64,000 bases of DNA from a virus. The stretch covers positions 64,001 to 128,000 of the IMG/VR virus record IMGVR_UViG_3300045738_002037; one strand, written 5' to 3'. Of this stretch, positions 1-9,780 are shown in pieces. The position numbers and the translations under genes were made by a program. Numbering within the stretch: the stretch's first letter is position 1; each line of letters begins with the position of its first letter. Under the pieces are notes generated by a model. It saw nothing but the letters and a program-made list of their open reading frames with translations. It made no database searches and was not told the origin of the DNA.

Positions 1-3
1 CTA

Positions 4-756
4 ATGGTAACATATTTCAGGCCAAACAGCCTAAAAACCTGTGTTGATTCTATCTTATCTAACACTAAATTACCGTTTAAATTATATATAATTGATAATT
101 CACATGGCGGGATAGACAGCACATTAAAACTATACGAAAAAAATAAAAACATTCTTATATACAAAAACTCTACAAACATGGGAAAAGGCGCAGCATTCAT
201 GCGCTATTACAATAGTATTATTAAAAAATATGACACTACATGTTTTATATCAATAGATCCAGATATTAAAGTGAGTGCCGGATGGTTATCAAAAATGCTC
301 ACGATAAAAAACAGAATCAGAAGAAAACTTTATCCAAAAATGCACATGTCACATTTAAAAAAACATAACATGGCCAAAAGATCTGATTTTGGGCTATTAG
401 CACCGATATTGTTAAAAGAAAAAAGCAAATTTGATATTAATAATGTCACAATGCACACAATAAACAATGATACCGAAGAAATTGTAAGTGGCATATATCG
501 CAATAGATACACCGCTGGCCCGTTGTTGCTAATCAATAAAAATTTTTTTGAAGCTGTAAATGGATATCCGACAGGTCAATTTTACGGTAACGAAGATGGT
601 TATCTATGCAAAAAGGCAAATCATAGAAATTTATTCACAGGATTCACAACGTCAGTTATTGTAAATCATTTAGACATTGATGATGATGAAGAATATATTA
701 AATGGAAGAAACAGAACGTCCATGGCAATATAGATCATAAAGGTCGCTGGGACTAA
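4..756 (+). CDS. Glycosyltransferase family 2 (possibly 5'-truncated)
   Basis: GT-A motifs: TYFRP, IIDNS, NMGKGAA, DxD (IDPD), GY...YGNED. Confidence 0.85.
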   Translation: MVTYFRPNSLKTCVDSILSNTKLPFKLYIIDNSHGGIDSTLKLYEKNKNILIYKNSTNMGKGAAFMRYYNSIIKKYDTTCFISIDPDIKVSAGWLSKMLTIKNRIRRKLYPKMHMSHLKKHNMAKRSDFGLLAPILLKEKSKFDINNVTMHTINNDTEEIVSGIYRNRYTAGPLLLINKNFFEAVNGYPTGQFYGNEDGYLCKKANHRNLFTGFTTSVIVNHLDIDDDEEYIKWKKQNVHGNIDHKGRWD

Positions 757-1360
757 AACGACTATAATATTTGTCTATAGCATCAACTTCAACTTCCAAC
801 ACTTCGTCTATCAACTTTTTAGAATAAATTGCGAACTCTCTAGACGGCATGTCATTAATATTTGAATCATTTACTTTCTCAGTAGATCTGATTATATCTT
901 CATCAAAATCTTCACCAGCATTACCTAATGCATACAATAAATCATTAACTAACGATTCTTGTTTACCAACAAAATTCACCGTTCCTGGAAGATTTTCAAT
1001 AAAAGATGCATATTCCCAAGATACCCAGCCAGACGGTTTATATCTTATACAATTTCTGACAAATTCATGAAAATCATTAGAAGCACAATTATAGTCTAAT
1101 GGGTGTGACATACGCCATCCATGCTTCATTCTAAATGACCATCTAGACTGATACCACGACAATGGATGACGCACAAAAGTAAAAATATATTTCTTATTAT
1201 AGAATACTTTATCTCTGTACCTAAGCAATTCTGGAAAATGCGAATGTTGCTTGCCGTATTCGAACGTCTCAATTTGCGCTCTAGCTATTGCATTTCTAAC
1301 CCAAACCCCACCTGTTTTAGGAATATGTAAAAATACTGATTTTGGAAGTATTAATGACAT
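698..1360 (-). CDS. Sulfotransferase family protein
   Basis: FLHIPKTGG 5'-PAPS motif; FVRHPLSWYQS 3'-PAPS motif. Confidence 0.85.
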   Translation of the reverse strand: MSLILPKSVFLHIPKTGGVWVRNAIARAQIETFEYGKQHSHFPELLRYRDKVFYNKKYIFTFVRHPLSWYQSRWSFRMKHGWRMSHPLDYNCASNDFHEFVRNCIRYKPSGWVSWEYASFIENLPGTVNFVGKQESLVNDLLYALGNAGEDFDEDIIRSTEKVNDSNINDMPSREFAIYSKKLIDEVLEVEVDAIDKYYSRFSPSDLYDLYCHGRSVSSI

Positions 1361-2311
1361 TTATTGTAACATTTCTTTTGCTTCTTTATTAAACCCCAAA
1401 TTGTCCAATAAAATTGAAAGCCTATGATGATAAGTATGGTTATTTAAAACTTCTAGTTGTTGCCGCGCGGCCAACGCTAATCTTTCGCTATCATTTTCTG
1501 GGCTATTATAATACTTGCATAAATCTATGTAATGTTCCGCACTATTAGCAATAATTACTGATGCAAACAGATTTTTTAAAGTAGGCACGGGATCATGTAT
1601 AACTAATGTCCCCGACAATGCCACTTTAAACACTCTTTCTGGTATATCAATTCCATACTGATGCGTATGTATTTCTGATATACATGGCCCAATTTTACCA
1701 CTGTTCAAAAAGTCACCGGCAGAATCTTCCGCAAGCACTCCAGAACAAATTCCGTCAGGCCAATCGCCCCATCCATGCACTTTACAATGAAACTCGTTGG
1801 ATTGTAAAATTGGTAATAAAAATTTATCAATAGTTTTAGCTTTGTAATCCCATCTTCCACCAAGATAAACTACGTCATATTGCTTATTATTTAATTCACT
1901 ACGATAAAACAATGTCTTGTCAGCAGCAGTCGGCATTGGAACCCAAGGAATACCATATCGTTCTGGCCAATGACTCCATAAATTTTTATCATTTTCTTGC
2001 CCATATCCAAACACAACATCAGGATTTTTATCAACAACCCAATTAATATTGCTCGACAATTCATTTATCGGACCCAAATCAACAGGGCCACAAGGATTTA
2101 CATGAATTGCAGTTTTTGTTGAATTATCATCTGGCATAGGTTGCTTATGACCCGAACAACCTATATAAAGATCCGGTTCAAACAAAAACCATGAATCTGT
2201 GTTGCCATCCCACCGTTGAATTTCATGGCCTTTAGATCTAAAGGCATTTATGAAGCCATCGGTAATGTACCCCCACGCACCACCGGGCCTATGGCAAATT
2301 AATATTTTCAT
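1361..2311 (-). CDS. CgeB/YkvP-like glycosyltransferase (GT-B)
   Basis: PTAAD, YDVVYLGG, ERVFKVALSG pattern of Glyco_trans_1_2-type proteins. Confidence 0.75.
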   Translation of the reverse strand: MKILICHRPGGAWGYITDGFINAFRSKGHEIQRWDGNTDSWFLFEPDLYIGCSGHKQPMPDDNSTKTAIHVNPCGPVDLGPINELSSNINWVVDKNPDVVFGYGQENDKNLWSHWPERYGIPWVPMPTAADKTLFYRSELNNKQYDVVYLGGRWDYKAKTIDKFLLPILQSNEFHCKVHGWGDWPDGICSGVLAEDSAGDFLNSGKIGPCISEIHTHQYGIDIPERVFKVALSGTLVIHDPVPTLKNLFASVIIANSAEHYIDLCKYYNSPENDSERLALAARQQLEVLNNHTYHHRLSILLDNLGFNKEAKEMLQ

Positions 2312-2916
2312 TCTTCTTCTTTTATAATCGACATTCCATAATAATCAAAATCTAAACTATATACATGCTTAAAAAAATCGAATTGTTTACGTGTTAATTT
2401 AAAATTACTCTTATTGGATTTATTTATAGCAATGTCAACAATTGCAGTGTTTGATATTTTTTCTATAATGTTTTTAAATTTTGTATTAATAAGACTTATG
2501 TCAAAAATATGGTCATAATAATTAGCATTAACACCTATAAAAGTTACTTGTGTTTGCGAATGTTTTCTTATATCTGGACACGCATGCAAGGGCCAAAAAT
2601 TACGAAAAAAGTATTCAAAAGAAGTATCATCTAAATTTGGTTTATTTCTCCTTTTAATTCTGTCGCCCCATATACTTTTAATTCGTTTAATTGGGTCACG
2701 CACAATTGCAATTTTAATATCAATTGGAAGTTTCTCCTTATTTTTATAAAAATAAGGAGAAGAATGAACAGAATATGGTTCTAATATTTTCCTAGATTTT
2801 GATTTACTTAAAACCTTGTTGCAAAACGGATACGCTAATATTGACGTTACACTTGTAATCCCACATTTCAACGCCACATTAATTTCCACCATTGTGCCGT
2901 TGTAATTTACTATCAT
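2308..2916 (-). CDS. Sulfotransferase family 2 protein
   Basis: LKCGITS, IVRDPIKRIKS, H-x-x-x-Q, C-terminal YxxDF. Confidence 0.75.
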   Translation of the reverse strand: MIVNYNGTMVEINVALKCGITSVTSILAYPFCNKVLSKSKSRKILEPYSVHSSPYFYKNKEKLPIDIKIAIVRDPIKRIKSIWGDRIKRRNKPNLDDTSFEYFFRNFWPLHACPDIRKHSQTQVTFIGVNANYYDHIFDISLINTKFKNIIEKISNTAIVDIAINKSNKSNFKLTRKQFDFFKHVYSLDFDYYGMSIIKEEE

Positions 2917-3143
2917 TCTTCTTCTTCTATAATCGGTATTTCATTTGATTTTACAACAAGTTCAACATCTTCCAATTTACAATATATGTCATATTCAAAC
3001 CCCGCAACATTAACCGTAAGCATGTTATTGTCAGATGCAAAGGACACAGTCCCCGTAATATCTTTATTATGGCAAAATATTGCCGCTTCCGCTGTCACCC
3101 CAGATTTAAACCTAATGATGTCTCCGCGCGCGATTTTAATCAT
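2913..3143 (-). CDS. Small hypothetical protein (SH3/KOW-like)
   Basis: GDIIRF...GTV...EDVELV pattern; coupled to neighbours. Confidence 0.55.
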   Translation of the reverse strand: MIKIARGDIIRFKSGVTAEAAIFCHNKDITGTVSFASDNNMLTVNVAGFEYDIYCKLEDVELVVKSNEIPIIEEEE

Positions 3144-3147
3144 TAAT

Positions 3148-5241
3148 TTATTCCTTCAATGCATTGTCCAAATCATCGCCATAGCCATTACGCCTTAATT
3201 GTTCATGTTGCACGGCAATTCTTTGTTCTATAGTATTACCGGCCAATTGTTTTTCTATTTTCTTATTTGTTTGGTGATGATCGCCCCATCCTTCGGCCCT
3301 AGGGTGCCATAGATGTAAAAGATCTAATGACCTTTCGCCATAAAATCTATCCACACCTTCCGCCAATCTACTATAAAAATCACAGTCTTCACAACCGTAG
3401 CCCCAAAAATCCTCATTAAACCCGCCAATTTTCCAATATGCACTTAAATTACACGCAAGAGAACCGCCTTCATAATAAGTCACAACTCTATCGCAATGCA
3501 ATTGCTCGTCAACTGTTTTATTTATACTTATTTGAGATGTAGTTTCTTTAGACACATAAAGAACTTTACTGCCAACATGACAGGCGTCATGCCCTTTTAA
3601 CAATGAATATATCATTTTCGTATAATGAGCAGGCACAATCATATCAGCATCATGCAATATAACGCTTTTGGTTTGAACATTCGACATCCCCATATTAAAC
3701 GCAATGGCTTTATTAAACAGAGGATTGTCGCCTCCGTCAGCATGAAAATATTTAGATGGCATTAATGACTGAATATCAATATTGTTTTCGGTATCTTGCT
3801 CTACAACGATAATTTCAATTTGCGGAAATCTTTGCGCTCTAATATTATCTAAAACTGTAATAATTTCATCTTTCCTGTGAAAATTCCTAAGCGGAACAAC
3901 ATATGTTATGACAGGAACAGATGAAGAATCCGATGGCTCTATAAAAACGAGCGATTTTTTGGCTTCATGCACTTTTCTAGCTTCATGCAATAATTCTTGC
4001 CTATTTTCCACAGCTGAATTTTCTGGATGTATTACAAAAAATTGGTTTGCGCCTTCTATGTCAAAAAACCCAGCGGGTTGTAAACCAAACTCAAACGACC
4101 TACTGGACCAATCAACATGTTCCATGCCATACAAACCATAAGATTCATCAAAATAACCACACTCAGATATCATCTTATTACTAAAAGCTAATACGGCCCC
4201 TTGAGGTCTTTTGCCAATCCTTAACAAATTATGGCCGTCAACATTAACAGCGTCAAGCGGTTTGGCGTTGTATACGCCAACTTGATTATACATAAAATGA
4301 TGAAACCCCGTGCGCTTCATCGCGTCTATGTAAAAAGTATCCCATCCTTTTTGCACTATTTCAACATCATCATTTAACACAATACCATAATCAAATCTTT
4401 TAAGACATCTGAGCAATCTATTAGTATTGCCAGCAATGCCCAATCTTTTATCATTTCTCAATATTACAAAATTTGGGCTTTTTTCTAAAGCAGATAAATA
4501 ACTAACAATTTCAGAACCATCGCTGGCATCGTCACTTATGAAGACCGTAGTCTGTTGCAAATTAGTGTAGGAAACAATAGATCTTATTAATCTATGAAGA
4601 ACATCTGGTCTATTATATGACAATATCCCAACGCCTATGCCATTGCTAATTGGGTAATTATTGTTTTTAATATTATCTTGAAGTAATTCATTGGCATCTG
4701 CTCTTGATATTCTTCCAACAACCCGTCTGTTTGGATTATCATCGATATAATTTATATGCGGCCTTTTTATTTGCCTATTCATTTTGGCATTTTTCATAAT
4801 TTTTTGCGTACTATTTTGCACGAATTTCATTTTGTTTGAAGATCCTTGCGTTCTTTGCAATTCTATTTCATGTTCTATTCTAGCTTTTTTTATTTGTCGA
4901 TTTTTTGTAGTTCTTGATTTTGCCAATCTATTTAATTTAGCCTCTCTTTCTGTTTGTTGCTTTTTAGCTTGTATGTCAAAAACAGTCTCAATGTTATCAA
5001 GTGCTTTTTGAGATGCTTGGTTTAATATTGTCCTAGTATCAGACACTCTTTTAATCGGCTCATTATCCTCCACAATAATCTGTTCTTGATGCTCATTGAC
5101 AGATTTTATAAAACCCCTAGCTTTATATCTATCAAAATATTCAGACAAAACAATACGCTGTCCTTTATTAACTCGTATAGTCCTCCCGTCAGGACCCACA
5201 AGATACACGGCATACAAATTTGGATTAATATATTCCGGCAT
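3148..5241 (-). CDS. Tandem two-domain glycosyltransferase (GT2 + GT2/GT7-C) with long basic N-terminal extension
   Basis: Domain 1: SYNRP, DDASD, LNDD, GYFDESYGLYGMEHVDW. Domain 2: VVEQD, FNKA, LHDAD, GGFNEDFWGYGCEDCDF, HLWH. Confidence 0.88.
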   Translation of the reverse strand: MPEYINPNLYAVYLVGPDGRTIRVNKGQRIVLSEYFDRYKARGFIKSVNEHQEQIIVEDNEPIKRVSDTRTILNQASQKALDNIETVFDIQAKKQQTEREAKLNRLAKSRTTKNRQIKKARIEHEIELQRTQGSSNKMKFVQNSTQKIMKNAKMNRQIKRPHINYIDDNPNRRVVGRISRADANELLQDNIKNNNYPISNGIGVGILSYNRPDVLHRLIRSIVSYTNLQQTTVFISDDASDGSEIVSYLSALEKSPNFVILRNDKRLGIAGNTNRLLRCLKRFDYGIVLNDDVEIVQKGWDTFYIDAMKRTGFHHFMYNQVGVYNAKPLDAVNVDGHNLLRIGKRPQGAVLAFSNKMISECGYFDESYGLYGMEHVDWSSRSFEFGLQPAGFFDIEGANQFFVIHPENSAVENRQELLHEARKVHEAKKSLVFIEPSDSSSVPVITYVVPLRNFHRKDEIITVLDNIRAQRFPQIEIIVVEQDTENNIDIQSLMPSKYFHADGGDNPLFNKAIAFNMGMSNVQTKSVILHDADMIVPAHYTKMIYSLLKGHDACHVGSKVLYVSKETTSQISINKTVDEQLHCDRVVTYYEGGSLACNLSAYWKIGGFNEDFWGYGCEDCDFYSRLAEGVDRFYGERSLDLLHLWHPRAEGWGDHHQTNKKIEKQLAGNTIEQRIAVQHEQLRRNGYGDDLDNALKE

Positions 5242-5242
5242 A

Positions 5243-5857
5243 TTATCGTTTTACTTCAACATACAATGGGGTATAAACACCAGTTACTTGATTATGATGT
5301 ACTCTAAACCTACTGGGTTTTATTATTAAATCGCCTTCATAAGACCCAGTGCCTTTATTAATAAATTCAATAGCTCTATCATCGATTATTTCTGTTTTAA
5401 TAATTTCTTGAGTTTTCATAATTTTACCGAATATATCTTTTATCATCCCAGGGCCAGCGAATTTATTTAAAGACAATTGCATGTCAACTAATGTCAGCTC
5501 GTCTTTAGTTGCAAAATAAAATTGAGCTTGTTCTATTTTAATCAACTGCATTGTGTGCAAAAAAGACGCAGCATGATTTTCCAAAAAATCAGCCGCAGCA
5601 TCAAAATATGGATGGTCCGAATTTTCCTCTATTATATCTATTTTATTACCGCGCCAATCGCCACACATTATATAAACATCGTCTTCAGAAGGAATTCGAT
5701 ATATTAACACAGACAAGCCATTGTCGCCATAATGTTTTATAATATAACTAAATATATTATTAATAGACTTAGTATTGTCAAAAGACAAAAAATCAGGATA
5801 CATCAATATACTTGGTAAATCAGATGTACCATACTGTTGCGTTGTGTTGTGCGTCAT
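5243..5857 (-). CDS. Hypothetical protein, possible degenerate RNA-ligase-like nucleotidyltransferase fold
   Basis: C-terminal EGDLIIKP and YVEVK resemble ligase motifs IV/V; no clear KxDG. Confidence 0.35.
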   Translation of the reverse strand: MTHNTTQQYGTSDLPSILMYPDFLSFDNTKSINNIFSYIIKHYGDNGLSVLIYRIPSEDDVYIMCGDWRGNKIDIIEENSDHPYFDAAADFLENHAASFLHTMQLIKIEQAQFYFATKDELTLVDMQLSLNKFAGPGMIKDIFGKIMKTQEIIKTEIIDDRAIEFINKGTGSYEGDLIIKPSRFRVHHNQVTGVYTPLYVEVKR

Positions 5858-6134
5858 GCCTTAAAACAGCCCAACTGCTACGAGTAGAATTTCTAATTTT
5901 ATTTAAATTCTTCTTATAAGTATATTTATCAAACGACGGGTGGTCCAATGTAAACAATAGATACGGAGTGCCTTCAAATATTATGTGAACTTCATTGGTA
6001 TCTACGTCATAATTAGACACAACACCGTGCCAAGTTGAAAACCATTTAGACCACGTTACATAGTCCCCATATTCAGGCGCATAATCTTTAATGCTTTTAT
6101 AAGCGGCCAACGGCGGCAATTCTACATCAGGCAT
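5820..6134 (-). CDS. Hypothetical protein
   Basis: ORF in co-oriented gene run; SH3-like GDYV...GVV. Confidence 0.6.
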   Translation of the reverse strand: MPDVELPPLAAYKSIKDYAPEYGDYVTWSKWFSTWHGVVSNYDVDTNEVHIIFEGTPYLLFTLDHPSFDKYTYKKNLNKIRNSTRSSWAVLRHDAQHNATVWYI

Positions 6135-6618
6135 TTTTAAGTACTCTGGTTAATTTATGGTTGAATATTCTATACCTATACTCATAATCACCAATATCCC
6201 AACATATCAATAAACCTTTCCTGGTTGCCCCCAACCATTGATTTAATAACGGATCAACCCATGTTATAGAATCTTCTGCATTGCCGATCCAAGCTGGCTC
6301 CATTAACTTCCCGTTTACTTCAATCGGAATCGGCGTATTATCGTTCTTCCGGGATTCCATCCTGTTTTTTATAATTGTCAATCCTTCTAATAATATTTCA
6401 CGCTTACTTCTTGATTTTGTGTCAGCATTTACACTATAAGTATCATCATCAATTAAATTGGCCTTAATGTTTATAGTATCATGTTGCTTTTCTCTAGCTG
6501 GATCAAATTCCGCTATTAACCTTTTTATATCATTTACACTGCGAACTTCAACAGGATCAAGAACACTCTCGTCTAAACGCTGAGCATTTCTCTTTCTAAT
6601 TTTCTCCATATTATCCAT
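6127..6618 (-). CDS. Hypothetical protein
   Basis: ORF overlaps neighbours by a few bases. Confidence 0.65.
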   Translation of the reverse strand: MDNMEKIRKRNAQRLDESVLDPVEVRSVNDIKRLIAEFDPAREKQHDTINIKANLIDDDTYSVNADTKSRSKREILLEGLTIIKNRMESRKNDNTPIPIEVNGKLMEPAWIGNAEDSITWVDPLLNQWLGATRKGLLICWDIGDYEYRYRIFNHKLTRVLKNA

Positions 6619-7009
6619 CGTTATCCACCTTAGTCGTTCTCATATCATGTTTTAATAAAATATCATGTGTATTTACTCTACCTCTTTTTATAAGCTCATA
6701 ACTAACATGGTAAAGATTTGCTAGACCATGTAAAGCAAAACCATTAATAATTAACGTCCAATCTCTAGACAAAAACGCAACTGCAAAAATAAATGCGACC
6801 CAAACACTGGTACAATATCCACAATTTATTAATTTATCAAAATATATAAACAGTTTTCTTATAAATGTAACCGGCGGCTCATCATCTTTATACGCCACAT
6901 TTTTAATACACGTCCTAGCAGGCGCAAATATTTCAGATGTAGTTATTATTTCAGTTACTCTTTCTACAGCAATAACCAATAATACATAATGTAATATAGT
7001 TTCAAACAT
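6611..7009 (-). CDS. DUF1360-like membrane protein
   Basis: CGYCTSVWV motif between hydrophobic helices. Confidence 0.6.
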   Translation of the reverse strand: MFETILHYVLLVIAVERVTEIITTSEIFAPARTCIKNVAYKDDEPPVTFIRKLFIYFDKLINCGYCTSVWVAFIFAVAFLSRDWTLIINGFALHGLANLYHVSYELIKRGRVNTHDILLKHDMRTTKVDNDG

Positions 7010-7016
7010 CCCACGC

Positions 7017-7304
7017 CTATTTGGGAATAATATAATTGCAATTGGCGTTTGAACATCTTCTCGCCATTGCTTTATTATTATTTACTATCATAATCGGGTA
7101 TCCGCATTTAGAGCATTTATTAGACGGAGATATCTTTTGTCTTACTACCGATAATTTATTAATAGAGCTATTGCCTAATTGTTTAGTAACTGTGTTTTTA
7201 GGCTTTGAAATATGTTGTACCAACACTGTTTTAGGCGCATTATCTTTAACAATACGCTGTGAACGGACAACCTGTGAACGATTACGACCACCACAACAAG
7301 CCAT
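7017..7304 (-). CDS. Small basic zinc-binding protein
   Basis: MACCGG start; CSKC and CSNANC. Confidence 0.65.
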   Translation of the reverse strand: MACCGGRNRSQVVRSQRIVKDNAPKTVLVQHISKPKNTVTKQLGNSSINKLSVVRQKISPSNKCSKCGYPIMIVNNNKAMARRCSNANCNYIIPK

Positions 7305-7349
7305 TATAATCTATGCCTCTTAGAATCATTAGTAAGTTTATCTTCATAT

Positions 7350-7973
7350 TTATATTTGTGGCATAAAGGTAAAATCTGGATTTACATTTTCTTCAAAATC
7401 ACGCCATCTACACATAAACAATGGATCTAATTCAATTTCAACAATCTTTTTATTCTTGGTATGTGAGACGTCGCCAGGTACGGAACCAACGCGACTATAA
7501 TGATCGAATATTATATGCGGAAACCACAAAGTGTTTGCAGTTAACAATATTTTATCGCATTTTGGTTTTAAAATATTTATAGCTTTAGTTGATACAGCTA
7601 CCCAATCATGAGCAGGATTAGGTTTAAAAAACAACATTGGATAACAGTCTTCGCCACTCGTTTCCGTCCTCAGTCGAGCATCATAATTACACTGATGCCA
7701 CCAACTAGTAAACAAGCATATCTCAGGATTCTTAAATAAAGCATCTAAACTAAATCCAACGCCACATTTTGCTTCTACAGCAAAATAAAAATCTTTTCCA
7801 ACTGGTATAACATCAGAAACGCCTTCGACCATCCTGACGGCCTCATCGCGTCCTTCTACTCTACGTCTTCTAAATTGAGTTCCGGACCATTCAGTTAACA
7901 ATTTGGCGATTCTGCGTTCATGATTTTTGGAACGCCGAACGTTAGACTTGCCAATTTTACTCCAATCCGGCAT
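7350..7973 (-). CDS. Holliday junction resolvase, PD-(D/E)xK family
   Basis: HERRIAKLL, SDV, VEAK, WWHQC, PMLFFK. Confidence 0.75.
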   Translation of the reverse strand: MPDWSKIGKSNVRRSKNHERRIAKLLTEWSGTQFRRRRVEGRDEAVRMVEGVSDVIPVGKDFYFAVEAKCGVGFSLDALFKNPEICLFTSWWHQCNYDARLRTETSGEDCYPMLFFKPNPAHDWVAVSTKAINILKPKCDKILLTANTLWFPHIIFDHYSRVGSVPGDVSHTKNKKIVEIELDPLFMCRWRDFEENVNPDFTFMPQI

Positions 7974-7974
7974 A

Positions 7975-8571
7975 TTATGACGGGCCTCTTGTGAATTTAT
8001 GCGGAGAGTTTTCGGGCGAACCTGAACTTCCTTCTCCTGAATTTAAGTCACACGGAGAATCATCGCCGAGAGCATCGGAATCGGTAATATATTTAACAGT
8101 CAATGTGTCGCTGTCTGTAATTCCAGTTACTTGATAAGTGTAAGTTGACAGGGTATCATCTGAATCCCCCGCTGTATGATGCACTGCTGTAATCCAGTCC
8201 CCGATTTGTGCATTTACCACTGAAGACCCATAGTTTACCGTATAAGATGGTCCAGATCCTGAACAACTACTTACCGCAACAGCAGCATATATTGTTACCA
8301 AATTCATAGCGCCACGGTCATATGTAACAATACTGTATTGATTAATATGCCCTAAGACATAATCGTCCGCAGCTTCCAATTCTAGATACGATTTAATTGT
8401 AGGATAACTAGCAGAATTGGCTACATCGGCATCTGGTATAACCAAGTGTTGAAGTTCAGCACTTTTCATTTGGTTAATTGTGGTCGTGCCGGATTCTTTG
8501 TCAATACGTATTCCGGTACTGGAATCGACAGAGAACAACCCAAGTTTTACAGCATGTTGAGCCACAGCCAT
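7975..8571 (-). CDS. Putative virion protein; long paralog of 8583-8864 with extra C-terminal domain
   Basis: First ~90 aa nearly identical to neighbour; Ser/Thr/Gly/Asp-rich extension. Confidence 0.6.
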   Translation of the reverse strand: MAVAQHAVKLGLFSVDSSTGIRIDKESGTTTINQMKSAELQHLVIPDADVANSASYPTIKSYLELEAADDYVLGHINQYSIVTYDRGAMNLVTIYAAVAVSSCSGSGPSYTVNYGSSVVNAQIGDWITAVHHTAGDSDDTLSTYTYQVTGITDSDTLTVKYITDSDALGDDSPCDLNSGEGSSGSPENSPHKFTRGPS

Positions 8572-8825
8572 TTTTTCAACTCCTACGAAGCATCGTTCAT
8601 AGCACCGCGATCATATGTGACAATCATATATTGATCAAGGTGACCTAGAACAAAATCGTCCACTGCTTCTAATTCTAAATATGATTTTACCGTTGGATAA
8701 CTGGCCGAATTCGCTATACCGGTATCTGGTATAACCAAATGATCATGATTGATGTTTTTCATTTGGTTAATTGTGGTCGTGCCGGATTCTTTGTCAATAC
8801 GTATTCCGGTACTGGAATCGACAGA
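8463..8825. repeat. 70-bp perfect direct repeat (8463-8532 and 8756-8825) within tandem gene duplication
   Basis: ttttcatttggttaattgtggtcgtgccggattctttgtcaatacgtattccggtactggaatcgacaga occurs twice. Confidence 0.92.
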
Positions 8826-8864
8826 AAACAAACCTACTCTTACAACATGTATCCCTATCGCCAT
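8583..8864 (-). CDS. Putative virion protein; short paralog of 7975-8571
   Basis: GLFSVDSSTGIRIDKESGTTTINQMK shared exactly. Confidence 0.6.
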   Translation of the reverse strand: MAIGIHVVRVGLFSVDSSTGIRIDKESGTTTINQMKNINHDHLVIPDTGIANSASYPTVKSYLELEAVDDFVLGHLDQYMIVTYDRGAMNDAS

Positions 8865-8867
8865 TAT

Positions 8868-9725
8868 TCACTCCTTTAAATTACTGAATGGCAAGACTAA
8901 ATCAGCAAAATCTGACATTAGGCCATTGACTTTGTACTTTTGAATGAGTTCCATTATTTTATCTTTGGAGTATGAGGTATTTTCAGCTAATCTTTTTCTT
9001 ATATACAATCTGTTAACAAGCAAAGAAGGACATAAAGACAAATCGATAAGCATTAAATTTAGAACAAATCTTTCTCTACCTTGTATATCTAAAAATTCTT
9101 GAAGACCAGAATGAGATTCTAAAAGAGCCTTACTCTTCTTTGGCCCTATTCCCCTATAGCCATCAACAGTATCTGCTTTATCACCCGTCAATGCTTTTTG
9201 CACTGCCGGATTAACATCAGGAACATCCATTTCTGTATCTTTACTAGGATTGTAAACTTTGCAATTGTTAAACACAAATGGTATTTGGATCATATCACTG
9301 TCTGTTGAAACAATCACAATTTTTTGCGGATGCATCACAGCAGCCGCCGCATATATCATATCGTCCGCTTCCATCTTTTTACGACCATATTGCCTAACAT
9401 TCATACATTTAAAAAATTGCTTAGACATTTCTTGGATTTTAAATAAATCTTCTGATACATCTTCAATATATGCATTGTTATCTCTTCCTTCTTTATAAGT
9501 TTTAAGAATATCCCTACGCCATACTTCCTTTCTGGGTGCATCCCAAAACACATGAACCGAAGATGGTCTGTATTTGTTCATCCAATGCGTATATTGTCGA
9601 AGAAGGGCAACAAAATAATGGCTTTTTATTTGTTTTTTAAAATCATTTCTAACTGCATATACAGCTCTATATAACGCATTTTTGCCATCTATAAAAAGCG
9701 CAATATTGTTCATATAAATCTCCAT
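8868..9725 (-). CDS. 5'-3' exonuclease / flap endonuclease (T4 RNase H-like)
   Basis: IDGKN, FWD, YKEGR, EADD, STDSD, GDKAD, GIGPK. Confidence 0.92.
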   Translation of the reverse strand: MEIYMNNIALFIDGKNALYRAVYAVRNDFKKQIKSHYFVALLRQYTHWMNKYRPSSVHVFWDAPRKEVWRRDILKTYKEGRDNNAYIEDVSEDLFKIQEMSKQFFKCMNVRQYGRKKMEADDMIYAAAAVMHPQKIVIVSTDSDMIQIPFVFNNCKVYNPSKDTEMDVPDVNPAVQKALTGDKADTVDGYRGIGPKKSKALLESHSGLQEFLDIQGRERFVLNLMLIDLSLCPSLLVNRLYIRKRLAENTSYSKDKIMELIQKYKVNGLMSDFADLVLPFSNLKE

Positions 9726-9726
9726 A

Positions 9727-9759
9727 CAAAAACGGCGGGGCCTAAAAAGACCCCGCCGC
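9727..9759 (-). terminator. Rho-independent terminator after the SSB gene
   Basis: Stem cggcgggg (9733-9740) / ccccgccg (9751-9758), followed by a T-tract on the minus strand. Confidence 0.85.
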
Positions 9760-9780
9760 TCGATGCTTTAATGACCAGTC

